A DNA stretch of 64,000 bases. Source: Balanoglossus misakiensis. Lineage: Eukaryota; Animalia; Hemichordata. Below, in pieces: positions 38,071 through 48,300 of the stretch. Numbering within the stretch: position 1 is the first letter of the stretch; each line of letters opens with the position of its first letter. The position numbers and the translations under genes are program-made. The notes under the pieces were generated by a model. The model had not been told where the DNA came from and did not search any database. It saw only the letters and a list, made by a program, of their open reading frames with translations. Where the stretch lies: positions 856,613 to 920,612 of the forward strand of contig CM082588.2 of assembly GCA_040954595.2 (NCBI GenBank). The letters are read 5' to 3'.

Positions 38071-40414
38071 TCTCTGTACCTCCGTGACAGTTGTGGGACA
38101 GATTAAAGTTAACTATCATGGCATTAGTAATTCTCAAGAACTGATGGTTAGACATACTACTGTTAGTCGCAATATTAGGAGATGTTTGAACAGTTACACC
38201 ATGAATGAAATTGACTGTTTTTCAAGGAATGTGAAACAGTCATTCTAAAGCATTATTTATTGATATAGTTTAGTAGAATAAGACAAGCTAAGTATGAACA
38301 GGATACTGCATGATTAGGGTAGATACCAGCAAAGATCACCATACAGCTCAGTGGTACTACCAGCAAAGCTGCATACTAGTTGTTATAATAATGTGTGGTG
38401 CCAAGCCAACATCTGATAGATTGACAGAAAGTTCGCAACCTACAGCAAAAAGCTCAGTCTGATTTTAAGAGGAACATTGACATTTTTAATGTGTTTTGTG
38501 ATTTTAAGCTGAAGTCAGTCGATTTACTTACTGGTATATAAATCCAAATGGAATGATCTGCTAATGAAAATCATGTTTTTTGACAAATGTGCTTGATAGA
38601 AGACAATTAAGTGCATTTGTGACGATTGTAATGCGTATGATTTCAAAGTGTTTAAGATGTCTTACAACCGTGGTATCTACAATTGAAGCCATTAAGAGGT
38701 GGTACGAAAAGGTTAGTCACCAAATCTAAACTGTATTCTGGAAATTCTCAAGTTGCTGACCTGAAAATGATGAAGAAAATGAATCATGACTGAAAATTAT
38801 TCTCAAAGGAAACTAATCAGTCCTGCAGGGTATAAAAATGCATGGGTAGATTCCACTTTGAAGTACTTTAGTAAACATTGTATATTTTTAAACTTTAATT
38901 TCATGTTGTGCTAGGGATTTCTCTCATTTCGATCTTTTTGTATATACTTTCTGCTTGTTCAGAGTTTATGTTTCATCATACATGGACCAACAACCAAGAA
39001 ATTAATGCGGTCCCATATGACATTGTTTTTGCCCTAATGCAGTGTTAAAGCAACTGGCATTGTTTTTTCCTGTTCTAAGTTTGTCATGACAACACTTATT
39101 TCTAATAAGGAGTATTGTTTTTTTCTGTATTTTTATCACATGTTCGTTGCCATCCCTCGGACTGCCATAAAACATACCGGTATATTTTCATGACTTTGCT
39201 ATTCCTGCATTATGATTGCCATGACAACATTCTTTGCCCAATCTCGGATCATCATGGTAGATGGGGGTACAAGTATTCTCCCATAACTGTTGAATATTTC
39301 CAAGATAACTCCTACAAACTTTTTCCCTCTGACAATCGGCATACATACCTTCGTGTCTTGCAGCTCAATTGTACAATGCAACAGCTCCACTTTCTGAGGT
39401 ATTATTTATTTTCATGTTGGAAATAGCCTTTTCTGAGTGTACCCATGTTTGGAATTATGTGGTCCAGTAATTGTCAAATTGTAATTCTAATAATAGGACA
39501 ACACTTTTCTTGTGTTTGCATGTTTTATTATATCTCCAAATTCAACTTCTTTCATGAATTGTTACTTTATTCTCCTGTGCACATGAAACGGATTATGCCA
39601 GTATTCTACATTCAGCCCACCTCCCTGTATAACAATCATAGCAACCTTTCTATGTGAGACATTGTGAATTGAACTTCTTTTGTGGTGCTTTGAATTATGT
39701 TGCTAATTTGATCAGGTGTTTTTCAAGGTGGGGACTTGAAGAAATTGTGAAGTCTACATACTATTTTACATCCAGATCCTTATATGACAGTATTACTAAC
39801 TTATATTTATGTGAGTACCGGTATACCTTATTTGAACCTTTTAAGAATAATTTCATCTGTTGCATGACCACTTCAAATACTACATGTACTATAAACTGGG
39901 GTAATCCAGAATTTAACATTTTACTGTTTTTATGTCTCATTTTCAGCTTTTTATTTTACATTTATCATGAATACTGCCCTGTAATATTTCATGTATATAA
40001 GATATTAATCAATAGACAAGTCTGAACTCCACAACTTTAATATTTTTGTTCCCTTAGTGACAAGGGGCAGCAAAGGGCAAGTGTGCATGACAGTTCCACT
40101 GCCTCAAGTTGAAGTTTATGGCTCTTTGAGGAGTAAACCCCGGAAGAAAACTTCCAAATGATGTCAAAGGTCACCAGGAGATCACAGTGTACAGGGGTAA
40201 ATAAAAACAGCAATCACACAAAACATTTCTGAAGAACTTAACATACTTTATTACAATTTCAACACACAGCAGATTTTATTATTGCCGTGGAATTAGAATA
40301 TATGTTTGAACTAACAAAATCCTGTGGAAACAGGCATTTTGAAAACTGCCATTAGCAGTATCCCTGACACACAAAAGCAAAACACTCAACAAAACTATAA
40401 AACTTCATGGCACA

Positions 40415-42163
40415 CTACACGGTTTCCTTCATTAGGCCAGATAGTTTTCTCACTTTCGATGCTGTGGACATATCTACATATTTGTCACCAATGTTGACGA
40501 TCATTCCACCAATAATTTTGGGGTCCACCTGTAAAGAAATTCATACCATTAGCTATGACCATGAGTAGCTGTATTTGTGACAAGAAAGTATTCTCTCAAA
40601 CAGTGCTTATCTGCTTCAATGTCTGTGGCAAAAACGTTCCAGGAAAAAAGTTCCAGTGGTGAAAGATTATTGAGGGTGCCTCATTGCAAATCCACAGTTG
40701 GAATGACGAGAAAATTTTGTCAATTTCAGCTTACCTGTGTTTCAAGTTTTAGTGATTCGCCCTTCTTAAGGAATCCCTTGATGGCCTCTTCCAAACTCTT
40801 CAGTTCTTTCTCATCAAGAGGCTACAAACAAAACAGAACATGTAATGTCATTATCAAATCATCTTTGAGCCATACCTTAACTTACAAAGGTTATAACGCT
40901 GCAGATTAAAAGATACAGCTCCAAGTTGAAAACAGTTAGTGATGTTTTAATCGTGTGTGAGAGAAATCCAAAATCTGAACACATACCTGTGCGGTGGTTG
41001 CAACACATATAACCTCGCCACGATGTGCACTCATAATACGAATAAATGCATTCAGAACTTCAGGAATTTTTTTCACACGGCCATTGTCAACAAGCAATGT
41101 GAACATGTTGACTGTCACACTACTGCACTTCTTTTTACTAAGTACTCCCACCAATGCATCTGAAATAACAAAGAAACTGGTTATCATTTTTACGATCCAT
41201 TACCCTATGAGTGATTCAGTATTTCATTAAGTTCAGTCTGAGGACTACAATCAAAATGACAGAATCACAGAAACTACCTACCCTTTTTATCAGTTCTTTT
41301 CAGTGTTGGATTGAACACATATTCAGCAAACAACGCATCTTTGTCAAACAGTTCCTGCAAAAGAGACATAGCTAACAGTTTAAACACAACGTGACAATGC
41401 AAACAGTGTATGACAGTTAGAAAACCACAGACAGATTTCAGGACAACTTGAATGATGAACAAGTACACTGTGAGCAGTTACAGTACAACTACTGTGTACC
41501 TACCTTGACTGTTACTATATCTTTTTCCACTGCATCTAACTGTTTACCCTTGCTGGCTGCTGAGTACAATGCGTGAGCATACCGCCCTCCTATACCATAC
41601 ACTTGGATTGGTGGCTGTACAGATAAACACATGTGTAAATGACATAGCACTGTGCTGACTCAAAGGAACTGTCAGAAATTCTCAAACCGTCTCAAAACTC
41701 TTCTCTGTCAGGGGCACCCTTGAAATGATCAACACAAAACTTACCTTTATCAAACTTGTTCTGGTAACTGAGGTGCTGAAGCACCTTGCCTGGAAAAGAA
41801 AATGATTTACAAAGTTTCTAAGTATGTTGTTTTTCATTTTTAATGAGTGGTAGCCTTAATGCTTACTGACTTGCTTCGAAACGTGCACCGATTTCATCAG
41901 AAATGTACAACGCTCTTTAAAATGTGATATTACGTGCACTGGCAGAAACTGCACGTCGGCAAGTTCAAAATACCGGCCGGTATTCATCAGTTGAGTTCGA
42001 AAAAATACACCACCTCTTACAAAAAAGAATCTGACTATTATTAAAGAAAGTTCTTACGAATGAAAGTACGTAGTATTGAATACTTGGCGTAGAATCCGAT
42101 CATGAATTTTGGACAAAAATTGTGAAATGTACTCACCAACATTAGTGACCTGGAGGCAGCCAT
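40415..42163 (-). CDS. ATP5PO: Mitochondrial ATP synthase subunit O (OSCP)
   Basis: MAASRSLML|[15 protein letters not shown]|[32 protein letters not shown]...|...[10 protein letters not shown]|...[37 protein letters not shown]|PLDEKELK...|[28 protein letters not shown]...ETV*. Confidence 0.96.
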
Positions 42164-42532
42164 GATGGAGGACGACCTGGTTGTGAAATTGCCCGGATGT
42201 AGGTGAGACCCTTTAACTTCCAGTATTTTTTTCAATCTCTTCTGAAGGAATTGTCCACTTTTCATGATTCTGATTTTAATAATCATCAAATGGCCAATGC
42301 AAATAGGTTATAGTTATTAACTTGACAACATTTTATTTATGCTACGACTTCCAAAATCTCAGTTTTCTCCTCATCTTCAGTGGATTTCTACTCATGTATA
42401 AGTTAGGGGTTCCTATAAGAGATATGTTGCAAGTATGAAATGTACATAAGATACACGTGAAATCATAAACTTGCATGTTACTATAGTAAATGACAGTGTA
42501 ATTGTAGTTTCAACTCCACAGAAAGTAAAAGT

Positions 42533-43780
42533 ATGCCTCGATACGAGATTTCACTTATTTTGAGGGCACTGGATAGGGTAAGTACTCGTACTGAGGGGGG
42601 GGGGGGGGCTTGTGATGAGAACCACACAATGTTCAGCATTCTCTACATGTAATACACTAACTCCATCCTCTCAAATCAGCTCTCCAAATGAATTTCTACT
42701 TTTTCATTTCAGCCTGAAACAATGGCAGCAATGAAGAGAGTAGGAGAAGCTGTTATCGAAAGAGGTGGATTGATTCGTACCATTGAAAACCTTGGCGAGA
42801 AAAGTTTACCATTCAAAATGGTTTCACATTCTCAAGGATACAGGAGAGGCAGGTGAGACTTGAATCTGAATAAAGGACATACACCCCCCCCAGGCCCTGT
42901 TGATGACATCCTGGATGGAACACTGCAATATGACACCCTGCAGATTCATGACAGTGGCATACAAAACTCAAATTATCACAGATTCTTGTTTTGACGACTG
43001 AAATCGTGCTTGTTAGAGAATACCTCATCAAGCCAACAATATCGCCAAGTGCAAAGCTGGGGATGACTTCAATGAGGAAAAATATCTCAGTGTTTCTCTT
43101 TATATCATTTCCTCTTACTTGTTTTGAGATCTACCTGAACATTTGCAAATAAATGGAGCAAAACAGGCCATTAGCTTGCTTGATTGTGAAAATGGATGTA
43201 TTCATGCATCCCATAAATTCATTTCCAGGTGTCATGGCTCTCAGACACAGTGACCATGACAACATCAATCAAGTTTGATTTTAGCAACATGTAGACATAT
43301 ACTGGTATCATTTAGAGTGATTTCTGTGATCACCTTAATGTAAATGTGCATGTACCAGTCATTTTCAGAAAATACACAATGTACATGTCAGACTGCAAGA
43401 TTTTGATGTTTAACCCTTTCACCACCATGGTTCAGTCCAAAACCATTCTTTTCTATGGTAAGGTTGGACCTCTAAAGAAGGAACTGGGGGTGAAAGGGTT
43501 AACCTATATCACCAAAAAATATCACAGAAAAGTATCATACCTTTTTCAAAAGAACAGTTCATCTTGCATAGATTTTATTTTGTCTTTTTCCAGATATGTC
43601 ATAATGCAGTTTGAAGGCAAGCCGTCAATTGTCCAATCAATGCACAGTTATTTACGACGAGATGTTGATGTTATCAGACCCGCCATTCTGAAATTAGACC
43701 CGTACTCAAAAACGCGGCCTGAATGTGATGGACCTGAACCTACAAATGTACAGAGATCACTTTCTGATGTAATATCATAA
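42533..43780 (+). CDS. MRPS6: Mitochondrial ribosomal protein S6 (bS6m), 3 coding exons
   Basis: MPRYEISLILRALDR|PETMAAMKRVGEAVIERGGLIRTIENLGEKSLPFKM...GR|YVIMQF...YLRRDVDVIRPAILK...*; classic S6 motifs and the vertebrate MRPS6 exon layout. Confidence 0.95.
43414..43498. mobile_element. 85-bp TTAA-flanked MITE in MRPS6 intron 2 (well-preserved copy)
   Basis: TTAA-CCCTTTCACC...GGTGAAAGGG-TTAA; perfect 10-bp TIR with TTAA at 43410-43413 and 43499-43502. Confidence 0.92.
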
Positions 43781-45001
43781 CAAAGAACCACTGGCATTTG
43801 AGATCTGTTGGGTGCTACTGGTACATAAAAACTTGACATGTATGGATGGATCTCTGTGTATTTATGTTAGGTGTTTTGATGTGATTTGGTGAAGCATTTC
43901 TTTTGCAGTGTTACTTGTCTTTGAATACTTTCATTTTTTTTTTAAGGAAAATGTTTTTGTTTTGTTCATTTTTCTTTATTAAATAAAGCAGAAACAGGCA
44001 GTTCACCTAGGACTTGTTACTATTTCCATGACATGAGTTACAACTCACATTTTTACAAATGTGCCGTAGAATAAAAATACACCACACGTGTGGTAAAACA
44101 TGCAGTTACACGCATGGCGCACATAGGTTGCATGATTCTAATGAGCTCACATGGGATTTCTCAGTTCATTATGCTTGTTTGATATTCATTGATCAGTTGA
44201 TGAATACATCTGCAAGCAATTCTGAAAGATCAGTTCATGGAAAAACGTGAAGGCACAATCATGTGCTGATGAAAGTGCACAAGCAAACGGAAACTTCGAT
44301 TCTGACGCAACCAGGAAGATAAGAAAAAAACTCTTTTACATATGCCAAGGGCAACGTAGAGGTATTAATTGAAAGATTGTACAGATTGTGATATACAGTG
44401 TTCAGTGTCGGAGGATGTCACCTGGAATTGGAAACGATCAGTTCTTCGATGTTCAGGTAAAATATTTCATTCTCATCTTTTTTAAACGTTTGTCACATTT
44501 CAAAGCATCTTATATCTCTGCAATATGACTATTAGAGTAGAATAAATTTATTGGCAACAATCAGTACATTTACATGTGTTCATTCTGCTGCTGAGACAGT
44601 TTATCTACGAAAGGCTTTGTCAAATTCCTAAAAAATGACAGAACACTTCGACAGTAGAATATATTGACTGCTTTCTGACAAGTATGATGATGGTACAATA
44701 TATTTTGTTCAGTTTTAGAAGTCTGCCTACTTCCCTGATGTCTATGGTTGAATGATTGCTGTTACAGCCATGCAGTCTGCAGTTTAGGAAAACCCACCAA
44801 ACAGGGATCTTCTTGTGACAGCAACGATTTTTGATCTACTGGAGTACTGGGGGAGAGAGAAAGCTGACGTTGAAGTTTGAAAATCACAAGAACCAAGTTC
44901 AAGTCTTCAATTGAAGATATTCTTCAAGAACATCCATCAAGAACAAACTGGACTGGCTTCCATCGCTACACTGTACTCCAAGAAAATCTGACTTGTTGAA
45001 T

Positions 45002-46006
45002 ATGAGTGGACGTGTTTTCTGTAACATGAGCATGAAGCTTTCATCCCAGTTTGAAATGTCAGATTATTTCAACCACTCAACCCAATTTTCTCTGTCATAC
45101 TATAATGCTTCAGTGTTAAATATCGCACAACCAATATTTCTGGCCATATTCATTATCACAGCATCCATAGGAAATGGGCTTGTCTTTGTTTGCATACTGA
45201 GATACCCTGAGCTGAGAAAGGGTCCGTTTTTGTTCATTGCAAACTTAGCATTTGTTGATTTCTTGACTTCTGTTTTCTGTCTGCCTTTGTCTCTGATTAC
45301 ATCTATATACAAGCGTTGGATCTTTGGATCTTTTCTTTGCCAGTTCAGTTCCTCCATAAATATGACTTTGTTTGTTGAATATTTGACATCCATGGGTCTT
45401 ATAGCTTTTGATCGTTACCTGGCAATCAAATGGCCTTTTCTCCGTTTCGAAGGGAAGGGTATTAACAAGAAAAGGGCTGCCTTCATGATATTATGTTCCT
45501 GGCTGTTTTCTATATTAGTTTGCTCATTAGGATGGGTTTGTAAACTGAACGTCTCCGTTCATTTTGATGCGCTCCGGTTGTCATGCTACCCGGATTTCTT
45601 TGATAACAATGTGTTGTGGTTGCTATGTAACGTCACTCTTTTGGTTACCTTGGTGACGATCTTCAGCTTCTATACCTGTCTTTCTCACCTGGTTGCTAAG
45701 CAGAAACGATTACTGCGTACCAACCACAATGTGGTAGTGAGACATCAGAAAGAGCGAGGCGTTTTGTGCACGGCGATTGTCATTCTAGTGGTGTTTGTAG
45801 TGATATGGATCCCCTTCGCCGTCTTCGTTGGTTGGCTGAAAGATCCTTCCCCTACAGGTGTTGTCATTACCACCTGGATACTGTACGGCGGTGGCTGTTT
45901 AAATCCGGTCATCTTTGCTCTAAGGGGTTCCAAAATGCGCACAGTTTTGGCAAAACGTTTACTGGTAAAAAGAAGTAGATCTTCGTCATCAATATCGAAA
46001 TACTAG
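45002..46006 (+). CDS. Orphan class A (rhodopsin-family) GPCR, single coding exon
   Basis: Seven hydrophobic segments with GN (TM1), NLAFVD (TM2), WIFGSFLC, AFDRY (TM3), WIPF (TM6), NPVIF (TM7) and N-terminal N-glycosylation sequons. First ATG at 45002; the true start may be a later Met. Confidence 0.92.
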   Translation: MSGRVFCNMSMKLSSQFEMSDYFNHSTQFSLSYYNASVLNIAQPIFLAIFIITASIGNGLVFVCILRYPELRKGPFLFIANLAFVDFLTSVFCLPLSLITSIYKRWIFGSFLCQFSSSINMTLFVEYLTSMGLIAFDRYLAIKWPFLRFEGKGINKKRAAFMILCSWLFSILVCSLGWVCKLNVSVHFDALRLSCYPDFFDNNVLWLLCNVTLLVTLVTIFSFYTCLSHLVAKQKRLLRTNHNVVVRHQKERGVLCTAIVILVVFVVIWIPFAVFVGWLKDPSPTGVVITTWILYGGGCLNPVIFALRGSKMRTVLAKRLLVKRSRSSSSISKY

Positions 46007-46727
46007 CAGAGGACAGTAAATTGACTGGTTGGTCAACTCAATTGGCAACGAAATATCAATATACTTTTCACCCAAAAAATGTCCTATGTTCTAGCAGGTC
46101 CAGTTATGTATTTTTCGATATTACTAGATTTATCTAGTTCTTGTCACTGTTGTATAATTGAAGTTCGGGTACTTTCTGTTTCGATATTCTGGATTTTCAT
46201 TGTGATGTGTTTTTGCTGATATTATTATATTGCTCGTTGTTTCGCACATGTCGCATAGAACATCATTTGCTGTTTAATTATTGTACAATGCCATTCCACA
46301 GATGGCAATAACGGGTATGCATGAAAGGAATTCTGATCCTGTACGGGGAATAAATGGCTGGATTCCCGCAGGTAGAAAAGTGTCCCAGTTTCATTAACCT
46401 CTCTTGATACCAGCATAATCGACGCTTCCTGCGTTATGAATGCATTTTAATTATGAAGATATCCGGTCGCGTTTCTCAAAACAAATAATCTTTTCTGTAT
46501 CATGTTGAATAGTTTTGTCAGAGTCTGGTACCAGTAAGTGTGTGATTTTTTTGTCATTTAAAAGTCTGTATGTCGGCATTCCACTCATTTGACATTTGTC
46601 ACCAGTGGTGTGAGGGAAGAGGGGAAATCTTGTTTCTCTGTATTCGGGGTTTGGTTCTTGTCAGAACAGTTTATACGTCTCTGTTTTCGGCTTGGCTGAA
46701 GGACAAAAAGTCAAAGTTGCTACTAAG

Positions 46728-47171
46728 ATGGATCAAGTGATGGAGGAGACACGATTAGACGGCTTAGCCCCACTGAGGAGATCCTTTGTAAGCAAGTTGA
46801 CGGAGTTCCTTCGCGCCATCGATCAAATGGACGATGTCATCATGATGCCGAATCGCCTCTGTGATATGGAAACAGCTGAACACGAGAAGTTTGATGTCGG
46901 TTCAGACATCCCGATTGGCGCAAAAGACATGCATCATTGCTACAAGATGTTGAAAGAAATGAGAGGCCAGCTGTTGCTAGGAAACGACGAGGAGAGAGTC
47001 TGTTCTGACGTCGGTGAAGATGGTTTGCTGGGCGCGTACAATCGTCATCAACGCGGCTTCATCGAGACCATTCAGCAACTCACCGAAGCGGCCACCTTCA
47101 TAACTCACAGGTACCGGCAAGAACTGGGCGACTATGATTCGGAAATGAAACCAAGAAAATTTTCGGTGTGA
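46728..47171 (+). CDS. MID1IP1: Spot14/MID1-interacting protein 1 family protein (THRSP/MID1IP1-like), intronless, 147 aa
   Basis: SFVSKLTEFLRAIDQMDDVIMMPNRLCDM, DMHHCYKMLKEMR and HQRGFIETIQQLTEAATFITHRYRQELG match the three conserved blocks of the Spot14 family (recalled as F..AV..MDQ.VM.PSLLRD; D.Y..Y.LLK.IR; H..GL...L..LT..A..LT.RY...IG). Confidence 0.85.
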   Translation: MDQVMEETRLDGLAPLRRSFVSKLTEFLRAIDQMDDVIMMPNRLCDMETAEHEKFDVGSDIPIGAKDMHHCYKMLKEMRGQLLLGNDEERVCSDVGEDGLLGAYNRHQRGFIETIQQLTEAATFITHRYRQELGDYDSEMKPRKFSV

Positions 47172-47658
47172 AAAACTGGTCTCCATGACACGGGATAGGT
47201 CTGCATGTGAATTGGACTTGAACTTAGCGGGTGTTCGGACAATTTCTAAAACCCAAGCTTCGTTATGAACACTTTCCGTTGACTCTTAGGCCGAATTGGA
47301 CATAATCAGACTGATAATAACATTCTGTCACTGAAAAAAGTCTTTGTTTGAAGAATAGTTTTCTAAATGTTTCGTTAATCCCTATAGTCATGAATAGCAT
47401 AGGGTCTATGGTTTGCACTTTATCTATGTATTTATTTTTTCCGAAGACAATCAAACGCTTACAGAAGAGTTGTGTCCATGCAGAAAGGAAATAAAGGAAT
47501 GACACAATTTATAATATTGTCATTTCAATCCATAGTCCAATTGATACCATGTATGCGATTCACCCTTTTTCTGATAGTTAACATTTGTGTTTCGTTAAGC
47601 GCATTAATTGTGCTACCATAAATAGGTTTACATTTCGTCGTCGGCGGAGGAAATCAAA

Positions 47659-48300
47659 CTATTCGCTGACCTCTCCGGTGTCGAAATCCGCCTCTTCCGT
47701 CGCTATGGAGAGAGAGAGAGAGAGAGTAGATAGAATTGCATCCAGTTAAAATACCACAATTGGCAAAATATATGCATGAAATTGTTCGTCTCAGAATAGA
47801 TGGAAGAGGGAACCATAGTCTTTCGTCTGGGTAGCAAGTAATCATAAAAACGAAACCAGTAATCGGAACAAATAATTTCCAACACCCACCTTCCTCGCTG
47901 CTGCTGTCGTCTTCTGGAGATCGTCGCTGATGCTGCAGACTGAAGTACCTAAGCATCGGGGCATACTTCATATCAGGGATGGCACGGCGCTGTCAAGCAA
48001 AATTAAAACAGTACACGCTAAACTGTTTTAAACTATATGGTGAAGCATTTAGACATTAGGTTTCTTGTCAAAGAGTGTTTGCTGTAAACCTAGTCCAGTA
48101 TCTGGCCATATTTTGTCCGCTTAGATTTGGAAGCCTAGCGGACAAAATGCAGCTAGATACTAGACCAGGCGACGAGATGGTTTTTGACGGGAGGTGGCGA
48201 TGACACACACTGGACTTACCTGTGGACGTGCTTCGCTAACCGGAATCTCACTCAGTATAAACGATACCAGTCCAATTAGCAATAATGTCCGGAAATTCAT
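47659..48300 (-). CDS. Small secreted peptide precursor, 74 aa, 3 exons (48220-48300, 47890-47989, 47659-47702)
   Basis: MNFRTLLLIGLVSFILSEIPVSEARPQ|RRAIPDMKYAPMLRYFSLQHQRRSPEDDSSSEE|ATEEADFDTGEVSE*. Signal peptide, two RR sites, acidic tail. Splice sites CAG|GTAAGT, TTGCTTGACAG|, AAG|GTGGGT and (CT)n-CCATAG| are in matching phases; TATA-like TATAAA near 48420; AATAAA at 47431-47436. Confidence 0.75.
48089..48169. repeat. Imperfect ~80-bp palindrome (decayed hairpin MITE) in intron 1 of the peptide gene
   Basis: CCTAGTCCAGTATCTGGCCATATTTTGTCCGCT ... AGCGGACAAAATGCAGCTAGATACTAGACCAGG. Confidence 0.7.

Noticed and set aside
43346-43593. N-terminal part of the 144-aa ORF, and the similar 84-aa ORF at 62463-62717
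   Set aside because: Their shared 'MVxSKxIxFYGxxGPLxxxLGVKGL' sequence is just the 85-bp MITE translated; only 43594-43780 is MRPS6 coding.
45002-46006. GPCR as an opsin or classical monoamine receptor
   Set aside because: No Lys at 7.43 (Tyr instead) and no Asp at 3.32.
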